A stretch of 64,000 nucleotides of DNA from Candidatus Eiseniibacteriota bacterium (GCA_963717505.1 OY970342.1:937551-1001550); one strand, 5' to 3'; positions 27,997 to 37,798 are shown, numbered from the stretch's first letter. Notes: a model not told the origin generated them from the sequence alone. Translations and numbers: made by a program.

Positions 27997-30359
27997 ACCT
28001 GATTCTCTGGGTGCACTCGGCGCTGGCGATCGTCCTGCTCGCCGGCGCCCGCCCCGACCCGCACGACACCGAGCACATCACCAATGGCTCGTTCGACCGC
28101 GGCATTTACGGCTGGGCCGACTTCGTCAGCGACCGGCCCGCCAATCGCCTGGTGGTCGAGGGGCCGGCGGACGACCGCCGCAATCCGGGGGCACACATCG
28201 CGATTCGCTCGGTGAGCGGCAGGCCACCGAAGTGGCACACCAACCTCGTTCAAGCGAATCAAGCGCTGCAGAAACTGAAGCCGCGTTCGACCTACGTGCT
28301 GCGCTTCCGCGCCCGCGCATCGTCGCCCCGCCGGTTGCAGGTGGCCCTCGCCCAGACGTTCAAACCGCACCGCAATCTCGGGCTCGACGCCGAGGTGCTG
28401 CTCGATTCCGAGCTCCGCGCCTACGACGTCCAATTTCGGACCGACTCGATCATTCCGGCTCCAGGGCCGACCTCGTCCGGAGCGTGGCTGTCGTTCTTCG
28501 CCGACACCCTGCCCGGTGAGACCTGGATCGACGATGTGAGCCTGCGTCTGGCCTCGCCGGCCGTGGGCCTGAACGCGGGACGGACCGAGCAGCTCGCAAC
28601 GTTCGAGCGCAATGAGGGCTGGCAGGCCAACCATCCGTTGCGACCGGTGACGCTCGCCGACGGCGAGTCCGGGCTCGAAGTCCTGGTGGCCGCGAACGGA
28701 CTGGCGTTCGTGAGTCGCGAGCGCTCGCTGCGGCTGCCGGACACCGCCTGGGACCTCGAGCTGCGCGTTCACTGCGAGGCGCCGGAGACGATCGGTCGCA
28801 TCTCGGTCATGGCTCGTTCGGGCGAGGATCGCGGTCTCGATGACACCATCGTCTCGACCAGCGGGCTCCAGCGTGGCTGGAACACGCTGCGTTTCCCGCG
28901 CGAGCGATTCTATCGCCACTGGTTCAGCGGATTTCGCTGGGATCAGGTGCGAACTCTGGCCGTGCGCATCGAGGCGAACGCCAACGGCCCGGCGCGCATC
29001 GTCCTGGGCGAAGTGCGGGTCGTCCCGCGTCCCGCCGGCGCCCTGCCGCCGGTTCTGCGCTTCGTCGGTGTCGAAAGAGTGACGCCCCGGTGGGCGTTCG
29101 TCGTGTGCGAGACCGACGTCCCGGTCGCCGCCGAAGTCCACTTCGGGCCTGGCGTCGCCTACGGGCGTACGGTCGCCGCCCGCGCCAAGGCGCGACGCCA
29201 TCGATTGCGTCTCGATGACCTCGAGCCCGGCACCCTCCAGCACGTTCGCGTCTTCGTGGACGGCGGCGTTTCGAGCGGCGATCTCGCGTTCCTGACGCCT
29301 CCCGACCGTCCGCCATTGCCGGCGCCCGAGCAGGACCCGAAGTTCGACGTCGGGCTCTACGGCGCCAATCAACTCGACGATCTGCGCCGCGCGGCCGGCT
29401 CGGCGTTCGACTGCTTCCAGAGCTACCAGCTGGCGAGCCCGGCCCACAACACCACCGCGGACGTAGTTCGCTACGTAGCGACCGCCGAATCCCTGGGCAC
29501 GCGCGTGATCGTCGGCTTCGAAGTCGCCCGGATCAACGAGGGCGATCTGGATTACGTGCGCGAGCGCGTCCGAACGCTGAAGGACCGGCCCGGTGTCCGT
29601 GGCTGGTACCTCTACGACGAGCCCGAGATGCATTCGGTCGAACCCGCGACGCTCAAGGCCTGCTATCGGGAGATCAAGCAGGTGGACCCGCAGCACCCCG
29701 TATACATCGCCACCAGCTGGCTGGACGCCGACTACCCGCACCGCGGCGCGTTCGACGTCGCGATTCTCGACAAATTTCCGATTCCCTACGCCGGACCCGA
29801 TGCGATCCTGCCTTCGCTCGAACAGGCACGGCGATCGGGCGAGTGGTTCCAGTTCGTATTCCAGGCGTACTCGGTGGACCTCGACCATCGCTGGCCGGCT
29901 ACCGGGGCCGGCCCCGGGCGCTTCCCAACCCGCGACGAGATGCGGGTGATGGCCTACTTGGCGATCAATCGCGGCGCCGCCGGCCTGTGGGCATTTTCCT
30001 ATGACTACCTGCACTTCACGTCGGGGGCCGATTGGAAGTGGGTCGAGCTGACCGACATCGCCCGCGAGCTGCGAGCCCTGGCGCCGGTGCTCGCGTCGCG
30101 CGACCGCCCGCGGCGGAAATCGTCGAACCCACCGCGCGAGTTGGACGTCGCGCTCAAGTCGTACCGCGGCGAGGACTACGTGATCACGGTCAACAAGAGC
30201 GCGTCACCCGTTTCGGCGACCGTGGCGCTTCCGGGCGCAGCCCTGACGTCGGTCGAGCGGGTGGATCAGGCGCCCGACGCCGGAACCGCGCGGGTCGACG
30301 CCGGCGGCATTGCCGATCAGTGGCAGCCGCGCGCCGTGCACGTGTACCGGGTGCGCTAG
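27993..30359 (+). CDS. Secreted protein with N-terminal CBM4/9-like carbohydrate-binding module; possible glycoside-hydrolase-like C-terminal domain
   Basis: GTG start overlapping the queG stop. Signal peptide (LILWVHSALAIVLLAGA). CBM-like motif ITNGSFDRGIYGW...W. C-terminal region with WYLYDEPE and NEG motifs reminiscent of TIM-barrel glycosidases. Assignment is tentative. Confidence 0.4.
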   Translation: MNLILWVHSALAIVLLAGARPDPHDTEHITNGSFDRGIYGWADFVSDRPANRLVVEGPADDRRNPGAHIAIRSVSGRPPKWHTNLVQANQALQKLKPRSTYVLRFRARASSPRRLQVALAQTFKPHRNLGLDAEVLLDSELRAYDVQFRTDSIIPAPGPTSSGAWLSFFADTLPGETWIDDVSLRLASPAVGLNAGRTEQLATFERNEGWQANHPLRPVTLADGESGLEVLVAANGLAFVSRERSLRLPDTAWDLELRVHCEAPETIGRISVMARSGEDRGLDDTIVSTSGLQRGWNTLRFPRERFYRHWFSGFRWDQVRTLAVRIEANANGPARIVLGEVRVVPRPAGALPPVLRFVGVERVTPRWAFVVCETDVPVAAEVHFGPGVAYGRTVAARAKARRHRLRLDDLEPGTLQHVRVFVDGGVSSGDLAFLTPPDRPPLPAPEQDPKFDVGLYGANQLDDLRRAAGSAFDCFQSYQLASPAHNTTADVVRYVATAESLGTRVIVGFEVARINEGDLDYVRERVRTLKDRPGVRGWYLYDEPEMHSVEPATLKACYREIKQVDPQHPVYIATSWLDADYPHRGAFDVAILDKFPIPYAGPDAILPSLEQARRSGEWFQFVFQAYSVDLDHRWPATGAGPGRFPTRDEMRVMAYLAINRGAAGLWAFSYDYLHFTSGADWKWVELTDIARELRALAPVLASRDRPRRKSSNPPRELDVALKSYRGEDYVITVNKSASPVSATVALPGAALTSVERVDQAPDAGTARVDAGGIADQWQPRAVHVYRVR

Positions 30360-30778
30360 CTCTTGAGCGGCGTCCCCGTCACCCACTCCGAGTCACCCTC
30401 GCCAAAGTGCTCGCGCTTCCAGATCGGCGCGCGGGTTTTGACCTCATCCATCGCACGCCGGCAGGCGTCGAACGCCGCGGCCCGATGGTGCGCCGCGACC
30501 ACCACCGCGACACTGGCTTCGCCGGCCGGCACCTCGCCCAGCCGATGGACGATGCGGCACGAGGCGATGGCGAACTGCTCGAGGGTCTCGCGTTCGATCG
30601 TGCTCAGCACTTCGAGCCCCATCGGCTCGTAGGCTTCGTACGACAAGCGAAGCACCGTGCGCCCGTCGTGGTGGTTGCGGGTGGTGCCGAGGAACAGGTC
30701 GATCGCGCCGCAGTCGGGTCGTGCCGCCTCGCGCAGCAGACGGGCGGCATCGATCGCCACGTGAGTGAACTCAGCCAC
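30356..30778 (-). CDS. moaE: Molybdopterin synthase catalytic subunit
   Basis: Motifs align to MoaE: GTTRNHHDG, IVHRLGEV, AHRAAAFDACR, KTRAPIWKRE. Confidence 0.85.
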   Translation of the reverse strand: MAEFTHVAIDAARLLREAARPDCGAIDLFLGTTRNHHDGRTVLRLSYEAYEPMGLEVLSTIERETLEQFAIASCRIVHRLGEVPAGEASVAVVVAAHHRAAAFDACRRAMDEVKTRAPIWKREHFGEGDSEWVTGTPLKS

Positions 30779-31415
30779 CTTTGCTCCGCCGCTTCGATGC
30801 GGGTTTCAGCTCGCGGCGCATGATGCGCCGGCTGGGCGAGGGCCGTGCGACCTCTTCGAAACCCGCGGCTGCGAACGACGCGGGCACGCCGAACCAGGCG
30901 AACGCGTCGGGGCTGTTGCGCGACTTGGTTACGTAGGGGTAGCCCTCGAGCAGGGTCGCACCGTGATCGCGCGCGTATTTCGCCGCCGCTTCCAGCAACC
31001 GTGACGTCAGTCCCTTCCGCCGCCACTCCTTCGCAATGAAGAAGCAGACCACCGACCAGACGGGCAGGTCGTCGATCGGCTGGAGCAGACGCGAGTGCAG
31101 GATGCGTGGATAGGTCTCGCGCGGCGCGAGCGCACACCATCCAACGGCTTCACCTCCGGCGTACGCGAGAATCCCGGGTTCCTCGCCCGCCTTCACGATT
31201 CGTTGGATGGCACGACGGTTCCCATCGCCGGAACCGGCCTGGTATTCGGCGCCACGCAGTCGCGGGTACATGCACCAGCACCCGGCGCAGCCACCGCGCG
31301 GCCCGAACAGCTGGACGAAGTCCGGCCAGCGCTCGGGCGTCAGCGGGTGGAAGGAGAGCGCGGGAGGGCGCGATCGCGTGCGCACCGACCGTCGGGCTCG
31401 AGGCGCCGCGCTCAT
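30771..31415 (-). CDS. GNAT-family N-acetyltransferase
   Basis: Acetyl-CoA binding signature (VVCFFIAKEWRRKGLTSRLL). Sits between moaD and moaE with ATGA and 8-nt overlaps. Confidence 0.65.
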   Translation of the reverse strand: MSAAPRARRSVRTRSRPPALSFHPLTPERWPDFVQLFGPRGGCAGCWCMYPRLRGAEYQAGSGDGNRRAIQRIVKAGEEPGILAYAGGEAVGWCALAPRETYPRILHSRLLQPIDDLPVWSVVCFFIAKEWRRKGLTSRLLEAAAKYARDHGATLLEGYPYVTKSRNSPDAFAWFGVPASFAAAGFEEVARPSPSRRIMRRELKPASKRRSKGG

Positions 31416-31657
31416 CCGCCGCTCACCGGCGGCAACAACGCCACCTCGGCGCCGTCTTTCAGGAGCGCCGACTCCATGGACAACTGCCCGTCGACTGCGA
31501 TCGCGAGGTGCGCCCACAGGGGCTCGAGCGCCGGATGGTCGGCGCGCACGCGTTGCACCAGGTCGGCCACGCGGCTGCCCTCCGGCAGCTCGATCAGCCG
31601 CTCGGCGTGACCCGCGCGGTCGCGCGCCTGGGCGAAGAACAGAATTCGAACCTTCAT
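31412..31657 (-). CDS. moaD: Molybdopterin synthase sulfur-carrier subunit
   Basis: 81 aa. Ubiquitin-like beta-grasp. Terminates in the diagnostic Gly-Gly (...LLPPVSGG). Confidence 0.7.
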   Translation of the reverse strand: MKVRILFFAQARDRAGHAERLIELPEGSRVADLVQRVRADHPALEPLWAHLAIAVDGQLSMESALLKDGAEVALLPPVSGG

Positions 31658-31687
31658 TGGGTTGGACGCTCCCCAAAAGTGTGCCGT

Positions 31688-32914
31688 ATGCTTGCGGCAA
31701 TGCGCGACTCGAATCAAGAGACCCCGGACGGTTCGCCCGATCCGGGCTCGATCGACGCGCCCGCGAATCCGCCCCAGGCCGCGACGGATCCCGAATTGCC
31801 CGCGCCAGTGCGGAGTCCCGACGAGCCCGGCGCCCCCAACCCGGACCTCGAGTCGCCGCGGGCGACGCCGTCGGCGAGCCTGGTTCAGACCCCGGACATT
31901 GCCGCCGGACTGAGCCTTTGGCTGGTGCTGATCGTGGGCCTCGGTCTGGTCAGTGTCACCCTCGGTCAGACCGATGTCGCGATGCTCGCGGTGTTGTCGG
32001 GCCTGTGCGTCGCCGCCCAGTCGGCCGACGCCGATCCCCGATGGCGCGGGCTCCACACGCTCCTCGCCTGGATCGTCCCGGTCGGCGGCGCCGTCCTGCT
32101 CGGTATGATGGGCGTTCTGCTCGCGCAGAGCGACATCGGCGGGCCCGGGTCCGCCGCGATGATCGGCCTCTGCGTGGGCGGAGCCGCGACGAGCTTGCTG
32201 GTTGCGCTGCGCCCGTTCGCCAATGCGCTGACCGTGATGTGGTTCCGGGCGCCGCCATCGTACACGCTGCGCCTCGCGGCGCGCATCGTGTTCATCGGGC
32301 TGGTCACCGCGGTTCCGCTGTGGCTCGCGTTGCGCGTGTTGCTCGATTCGGTCATGGACGATCTCGGCTCGATGCTCGAGAGCGCGGGGCTGGGGCTCGG
32401 GCTCATCGGCTACGTTCTGCTCGCGTTCGCGTCGGTCGGCTGCTGGATTCGCCGGGATCTGCCGGCATCGATGGCACGCCTCGGGGTGGCGCCACTTCAT
32501 CAGGGCCACGTCGTGGCGATCCTGCTGGGGGTCGGCGTTCTGCTCGTCTTCAACACCGGCCTGGAAGTCGTCCAGCGCCGGTTCTTCTCCGATTGGTGGC
32601 TCGAGGATCAGCAGATCAATCAGGCGATCCGCTCCGGTCTTGGCCTGCCCCAGATGCTGCTGCTCGGCGTCAGCGCCGGGATCGGAGAGGAAATCACGCT
32701 ACGCGGCGCCTTGCAGCCACGGCTCGGACTGTTCTGGACGTCGCTGCTGTTCGCCGTCCTCCACGTCCAGTACTCGTGGTTCGGAATCGCCGTCATCTTC
32801 GCGATCGGGCTGATTCTCGGCGTGATCCGCAACCGCACGAACACCTCGGTCGCGATGGCGATCCACGCGCTCTACGACATCGTCGCGGTGCTGTCGATCG
32901 AGTCCCCCACGTAG
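31688..32914 (+). CDS. CPBP-family (CAAX/Abi) intramembrane metalloprotease
   Basis: Polytopic membrane protein. Conserved motifs EEITLRGAL (motif 1), FAVLHVQY (motif 2), HALYD (motif 3). Confidence 0.7.
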   Translation: MLAAMRDSNQETPDGSPDPGSIDAPANPPQAATDPELPAPVRSPDEPGAPNPDLESPRATPSASLVQTPDIAAGLSLWLVLIVGLGLVSVTLGQTDVAMLAVLSGLCVAAQSADADPRWRGLHTLLAWIVPVGGAVLLGMMGVLLAQSDIGGPGSAAMIGLCVGGAATSLLVALRPFANALTVMWFRAPPSYTLRLAARIVFIGLVTAVPLWLALRVLLDSVMDDLGSMLESAGLGLGLIGYVLLAFASVGCWIRRDLPASMARLGVAPLHQGHVVAILLGVGVLLVFNTGLEVVQRRFFSDWWLEDQQINQAIRSGLGLPQMLLLGVSAGIGEEITLRGALQPRLGLFWTSLLFAVLHVQYSWFGIAVIFAIGLILGVIRNRTNTSVAMAIHALYDIVAVLSIESPT

Positions 32915-32946
32915 CATGCCGCTCGTGCAGCCGGCGGGAAAACCGA

Positions 32947-33666
32947 CTACGACAGGGTTTCCCCGGGGCGCAGTGCCACCACCTCGCTGGCGACGCCGAG
33001 CTTGCGCAGCTCCTCGCGCAGCGCGTCGGGCGTTCCCGTCAGGGCCGGGAACGTGCCGTGGTGCATGGGCACGATGTACTTGGGCTTGAGCAAGCGCGCC
33101 GCCACCGCCGCCTCGCGCGGCGACATCGTGTACAAGTCGCCGATCGGCAGCAGCGCGATCTCCGGCGCATAGATCTCGCCGATCAGCGCCATGTCCGAGA
33201 ACACCGCGGTGTCGCCGGCGTGGTAGATGCGCGTGCCGTCCTCGAGCGTGACCACGAAGCCGCACGGCTCCCCGCCGTAGTGCAGCTGCGAGCCGTCTTC
33301 GATGCCACCGGAGTGCAGTGCCTGGGTCATGGTGAAGCGCACGCCGTGGACCTCCTGCGTGCCGCCCTTGTTCATCGGCGACGTCGTGGTCACACCCTTG
33401 CGCTGGAGCCAGGCGTGGATTTCGTAGATGCAGACCACGGTCGGCCGATGTTTCTTGGCCAGGGTCACGGCGTCGCCCATGTGGTCGCCGTGGCCGTGCG
33501 AGATCGACATGATGTCGATCTTGTCGAATTGCTTCTGCCCCTGCGGGCAGGCCGGATTGCCCTCGACCCACGGATCCATGAGCACGGTCTTGGCGCCACG
33601 GGTCACCAGCCGGAAGGTGCTGTGGCCGAGCCAGGTCAGCGCGAAGCCGCGATTCAAGGTGGGCAT
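32947..33666 (-). CDS. Metallo-beta-lactamase-fold metal-dependent hydrolase (UPF0173 family)
   Basis: HGHGDH zinc-binding motif. Overall 239-aa MBL-fold pattern. Confidence 0.8.
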   Translation of the reverse strand: MPTLNRGFALTWLGHSTFRLVTRGAKTVLMDPWVEGNPACPQGQKQFDKIDIMSISHGHGDHMGDAVTLAKKHRPTVVCIYEIHAWLQRKGVTTTSPMNKGGTQEVHGVRFTMTQALHSGGIEDGSQLHYGGEPCGFVVTLEDGTRIYHAGDTAVFSDMALIGEIYAPEIALLPIGDLYTMSPREAAVAARLLKPKYIVPMHHGTFPALTGTPDALREELRKLGVASEVVALRPGETLS

Positions 33667-33708
33667 GGACGGTGGCAGTCTACGCGCGGGTTCGCGGGGT
33701 CACAAACC

Positions 33709-34380
33709 CTAGTTGTGCGGGCCGGCCTCGCGCGGCGGATCCCCGGACTCCGGACGCCCGGAGCCGCGACGCAACACGCGTTCGATATGCTCGCGGATCG
33801 CGCGCCCGCGTTCGATCAAACTGTCCATCGCCAACAGCTCGAGCCGCTCTTCGGCGGGCAGGTCGCACGCCATGCAGATCGTGTTCACCAGGATCTCGTA
33901 GCGCAGGCTTCGGTCCACGCGACTCTCGGCCACCTCGCCCCCCACGGCGGCCAGCAGGCGCTCGAACGAATCGGCCAGCGCGCGCTTGTCGAGTTCGATC
34001 AATGGATCGTCGTCCGGATACGGATGCTGGGGCATCAACTCGATGCGCGCGGTTCGATACGGGAATTCGGACACGACCTTGCGGAAGCGCACGCGGGTGA
34101 GGCCGGTGACCTTGAGGTCGTAACAGTCGTTCGGCAGCCATTCGACTTCGTCGAAGCTCGCCAGGCATCCGAGCGCGTGGAACTCGGGGCTGCCGTGGTA
34201 GTCCAGCTCCCAGCCCGGCTTGAGCAGCGCCAGGGCCATGGTGCGATCCCCCGACAGCGCGTCGCGCACCATGGTGCGATAGCGCAGCTCGAACACGTGC
34301 AGGGCGAGCGTCGTGCCGGGGAACAGCACGGTGCCCGGAAGCGGAAACACCGGCACCGTGTGCCGGGGCGCCGAAACCAC
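33709..34380 (-). CDS. Lon protease N-terminal (LON substrate-binding) domain protein
   Basis: VPVFPLPGTVLFPGTTLALHVFELRYRTMV matches the N-terminal PUA-like Lon domain. No AAA+ or protease domain present. Confidence 0.7.
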   Translation of the reverse strand: MVSAPRHTVPVFPLPGTVLFPGTTLALHVFELRYRTMVRDALSGDRTMALALLKPGWELDYHGSPEFHALGCLASFDEVEWLPNDCYDLKVTGLTRVRFRKVVSEFPYRTARIELMPQHPYPDDDPLIELDKRALADSFERLLAAVGGEVAESRVDRSLRYEILVNTICMACDLPAEERLELLAMDSLIERGRAIREHIERVLRRGSGRPESGDPPREAGPHN

Positions 34381-34452
34381 GTCGATTCCCTCTTCGCGCG
34401 AACCGCGGCGTGCGCCGGCCCCGAGTGGGGCGCCGGCGATCCGCCGGGGGGT

Positions 34453-34929
34453 TCAGTCGCGCACGAAGTCGAGCACGTCGGCGATGTGGCCTTCGACCTT
34501 GACCCGCGGCCAGATCTGCGCCACGCGTCCGGTGCGGTCGATGACAAAAGTCGTGCGCTCGATGCCCATGTGCTTCTTGCCGTACAGGTTCTTCTGTTTG
34601 TAAACGCCGTACAGCTTCGAAACCGCGGTGTCTTCGTCGGCCAGTAGCGGGAACGGCAGGTGGAACTTGTCGCGGAACTTGTGATGCGACTCCATGGGAT
34701 CGGTCGAGATTCCGAGGACCACGACGTTGTTTTGGTCGAACTCCGCGGAATGATCGCGGAAATCGCAGGCTTCTTTGGTGCACCCCGGCGTGTCGTCCTT
34801 CGGGTAAAAGTAGAGGACGACGGTCTTCTTGCCCTTGAACTGCTTGAGCGTGATCGTCTCGCCGGTGCTTGCCGGCAGGCTGAAGTCCGGAGCCATCTTC
34901 CCGATCACGGGAAGCAGAGCCGTGGCCAT
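34453..34929 (-). CDS. bcp: Thiol peroxidase / peroxiredoxin Bcp
   Basis: FYPKDDTPGCTKEAC peroxidatic Cys motif. 158 aa. GGAGG RBS 8 nt upstream. Confidence 0.85.
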   Translation of the reverse strand: MATALLPVIGKMAPDFSLPASTGETITLKQFKGKKTVVLYFYPKDDTPGCTKEACDFRDHSAEFDQNNVVVLGISTDPMESHHKFRDKFHLPFPLLADEDTAVSKLYGVYKQKNLYGKKHMGIERTTFVIDRTGRVAQIWPRVKVEGHIADVLDFVRD

Positions 34930-34971
34930 TCGTTTCCTCCGTCGGTGTTCGGGTTCGGGCCTCAAGCACAT

Positions 34972-34993
34972 CCGGGCTCCGCCTGGAGCCCGG
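34972..34993 (-). terminator. GC-rich hairpin downstream of sod (candidate terminator or attenuator, no U-tract)
   Basis: CCGGGCTCC-gcct-GGAGCCCGG perfect 9-bp stem, 31 nt after the sod stop on the minus strand. Confidence 0.3.
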
Positions 34994-35024
34994 ATGGCAT
35001 GGGCGGCGCGCGCCCGGAGTCGCT

Positions 35025-35639
35025 CTACCGGTGAACCGCCTGCATGGCGAGTGCGCGATCGAGGTTTTGCGCGACCACGTCCCAATCGAGATTGTTGAAG
35101 AACGCCTCGATGTACTTGGCGCGCGCACGACCGTAGTCGAGCCAGTACGCGTGCTCGTACACGTCGAGCGCGAGGACCGGCGTCGCGTTCCACAGCGGGA
35201 ACGTGTTCTGGGCGTCGCCGACCACGGTGGTCAGCGTGCTCCAATCATGATCGTAGGCCAGCCAGACCCAGCCACGGGCCGCGAGTCCCGAGGCCTTGAA
35301 GTCCGCGAGCCAGGCGTCGTAGGAAGGGAAGTCGCGCGCGATCATCTCCTTGAGCTTGCCGCCGGCAGCGCCGCCCTTGCCGCCCAGGTGCCCGAAGTAG
35401 ATCTCGTGGTTCTTGACGCCGCCGGTGGCGAACGAGAGATCCACGCGCAGCGAGCGCAGGTCGCTGAAGATCTGGTTGGCGGTCGCGCGGTCGACGGTCG
35501 CGAGCTTTTCCTGGATTTCGTTGGTCTTGGCGACGTAGCCCTTGTAGAGCTCGTAGTGCTCTTCCATGGTTCGCGCCGAAATGCCGTTCAGTTCCTTGAT
35601 CGACGCGAACGTCTTGGGAGTGAGTTTCGGGAATGGCAT
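35025..35639 (-). CDS. Fe/Mn superoxide dismutase
   Basis: Metal ligand region DVYEHAYWLDY. N-terminal helical hairpin with HH. 204 aa. AAGGAGA RBS. Confidence 0.9.
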   Translation of the reverse strand: MPFPKLTPKTFASIKELNGISARTMEEHYELYKGYVAKTNEIQEKLATVDRATANQIFSDLRSLRVDLSFATGGVKNHEIYFGHLGGKGGAAGGKLKEMIARDFPSYDAWLADFKASGLAARGWVWLAYDHDWSTLTTVVGDAQNTFPLWNATPVLALDVYEHAYWLDYGRARAKYIEAFFNNLDWDVVAQNLDRALAMQAVHR

Positions 35640-35785
35640 GGCCGTATCTCCTTCGGACTCCGGGGAGGCGCGACCCCGCCGCGATGGCGTACGGCCTCCG
35701 AGATTATGGGTCGGGGAATGTGACCCCGGGAGGCTATCCCCGTCTCGCGCGGAGTGTCAATCGCCGAATCCGCGCGCGACTTGCG

Positions 35786-36268
35786 TCAGTTCGCCGGATG
35801 CGCGGGTTCATCGCCGGGACGCGCACGCAAGCGCGACACGCCCCCGGTGAGTCCAGCGACCACCGAATCGCGCAGCGCCTCGAGGATTGGCCCGCTTTCC
35901 GGACAGGTCGGATCGTAGGTGCGGCAGGCCGCCAAGGTGTAGCCACATCCACAGGTGCAGTTCCGCGCGTTCGCGAAGCGCACGAAATGCTCGAGCTGTC
36001 GCGGCGAGAGCCCGGCGACCTCGATCTGCTTGATGTCGTCCATCCAGCGTTGCTTGAGCTCGGTCGAGTCCACCGGAATCTGTCCCAATGCACGATCGAT
36101 CACCGCGTCGCTCGAGTCGTCGAAAGCGGCCAGCGGATCGACCGGGGCCGGCGCGGGCGGGCTTGCTGCGCGCCAGTTGGCGAACCACGCGACCAGCCCC
36201 GCGAGCAGGGCGACCAAGGTCATCGCGGCGATCCAGGAAATGCGGCCATGTTGGCTTGCGTCCCTCAT
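35786..36268 (-). CDS. Membrane-anchored hypothetical protein with a CTCGCGY...C...C cysteine cluster
   Basis: One N-terminal TM helix. Soluble domain with NARNCTCGCGYTLAACRTYDPTCPESG. Ordinary amino-acid composition, unlike the Arg-rich antisense ORF on the opposite strand. Confidence 0.45.
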   Translation of the reverse strand: MRDASQHGRISWIAAMTLVALLAGLVAWFANWRAASPPAPAPVDPLAAFDDSSDAVIDRALGQIPVDSTELKQRWMDDIKQIEVAGLSPRQLEHFVRFANARNCTCGCGYTLAACRTYDPTCPESGPILEALRDSVVAGLTGGVSRLRARPGDEPAHPAN

Positions 36269-36325
36269 GACCCTGAATGATAGTCGGCGCCCGATGAATC
36301 GTCACGACCAGCGCATCACAGCTCC

Positions 36326-36898
36326 ATGACCTGGACGCGCGGCGTTCCCGCGTCCGAGGCCAAGCCACCGCTGGATTCCATCTATCAGCGAATCGGCGGG
36401 GCGTCGTCGCGCGGTGCGGTCGCGAACCTGTGGCAGTCGATGGGATCCGATCCCAAGACGCTCGAGGCCGCGTTCGTGCTCTATCGCACGCTGATGTCGG
36501 ACCCGGCGCCGCTGACCCAGGCTCAGGCCGAGCTGATCGCGGTGGTCGTGTCGGCGACCAACGGCTGCGGCTACTGCGTCGCGCGCCGTGGCCCGCGCCT
36601 CGCTGCCGCACTTCAGAACGAAGCGCTCGCCCGCGCGGTGGCGCGCGACTATCGCGAGGCCGACCTGCCGGCTCGCGATCGCGTGTTGCTCGACTATGCG
36701 GTGGCACTGACCTGCGAACCTTCCGAGCGCACCGCCGCCGATGTCGAGCGGGTTCGCGAGTACGGGTTCGACGACGCCGCGATCCTCAAAGCCACCGAGA
36801 TCACCGCCTACTACAACTTCATCAATCGCGTCGCGAGCGGGTTGGGCGTGCCGCACGACGAGGGTGTGGAGCCGTGGGAGTTCGGCGCGCAGAAGTAG
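36326..36898 (+). CDS. Carboxymuconolactone-decarboxylase-family peroxidase-related protein (AhpD-like)
   Basis: CxxC-type motif in an AhpD-like helical fold (SATNGCGYCV). Confidence 0.7.
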   Translation: MTWTRGVPASEAKPPLDSIYQRIGGASSRGAVANLWQSMGSDPKTLEAAFVLYRTLMSDPAPLTQAQAELIAVVVSATNGCGYCVARRGPRLAAALQNEALARAVARDYREADLPARDRVLLDYAVALTCEPSERTAADVERVREYGFDDAAILKATEITAYYNFINRVASGLGVPHDEGVEPWEFGAQK

Positions 36899-36942
36899 GA
36901 AGGCCAAACCGGACAACCCAGGCGGTGTTCACCGACTGACGT

Positions 36943-37791
36943 TCACGCCCCCGCGGCGTCGCGCTCTTCGGCCGGGGGCGCGACGACCGCGCCGGGCACC
37001 GCGAACTCGAGCAACGCCGCTCCGGCTCCGGGCCCCGGCTCGTAGCAGCGCAGGTCGGCGCGCACGTCCTCGCCCAGGAAACCGCGCAGGATCTCGAGGT
37101 GGCGGAGACCCGCTTCGAGCTGGACGCGGTCGCCGTGCGCGACATTGTCCTCGGGAACCGTCGCTCGCTCGGCCTCGACCTCGGACCAGTTGCCGGCACG
37201 AAGTGCCGCGATCAATCGCTCGTCGACTTCCGCTCCCCCGGCCAGCTCGCGGCCGAATCGCCACGCGTGCTCGTTGAAGGTCAGGAGCCCTCCGACCACG
37301 AAGGCGACCGGGTCCGGCCACGTGCTCGCCACCTGCGCGATGGCAGCGCCGAAGGCGCGGCACTCCGACGCCGGCCGGTCGGCGACCGACACCGGCACGA
37401 TGCGCACCCCGCGGTCGGGAATCAGGAAGCGCATCGGCACGCTGACGCCGCTGTCGACGCCGCGCTTGGTGGTCTGGACGCGCGCACCCGCGGCCGAGGC
37501 GCGCTCCACGATCGCCCGCGCCAACGCCGGGTCGCCCGCGCAGTCGTAACGGACCTCGACGCCCAGGTCGGCGTAGTCGGTGATCGTGCGATGTCGCGCG
37601 CCGATGTCGACCAGGAACGGACCCGAGGTGCGCCAGCGCGCGCTGACCACGACCACGGTGGACGGCCGGGCGGCTCGCATCGATGCCGAGGCGTCGACCA
37701 GTGCGGTCAGCATCGGGGTCTCGTGCCCGCGGTGCGCATCGACAGCCAACGTGGGCAGGTGCGGGACGAGCCACGCGAGCGGGGTGATCAT
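36943..37791 (-). CDS. Class III extradiol dioxygenase-fold protein (LigB/DODA/Memo-like)
   Basis: 282 aa. N-terminal His cluster (LVPHLP...HRGHE). Weak family-level resemblance only. 7 nt downstream of ispH. Confidence 0.4.
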   Translation of the reverse strand: MITPLAWLVPHLPTLAVDAHRGHETPMLTALVDASASMRAARPSTVVVVSARWRTSGPFLVDIGARHRTITDYADLGVEVRYDCAGDPALARAIVERASAAGARVQTTKRGVDSGVSVPMRFLIPDRGVRIVPVSVADRPASECRAFGAAIAQVASTWPDPVAFVVGGLLTFNEHAWRFGRELAGGAEVDERLIAALRAGNWSEVEAERATVPEDNVAHGDRVQLEAGLRHLEILRGFLGEDVRADLRCYEPGPGAGAALLEFAVPGAVVAPPAEERDAAGA

Positions 37792-37798
37792 GGCGGCG

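Noticed and set aside
35633-36280. 215-aa plus-strand ORF overlapping the Cys-cluster membrane protein gene
   Set aside because: Arg-rich, no features. The minus-strand ORF has a TM helix, balanced composition and fits the operon spacing.
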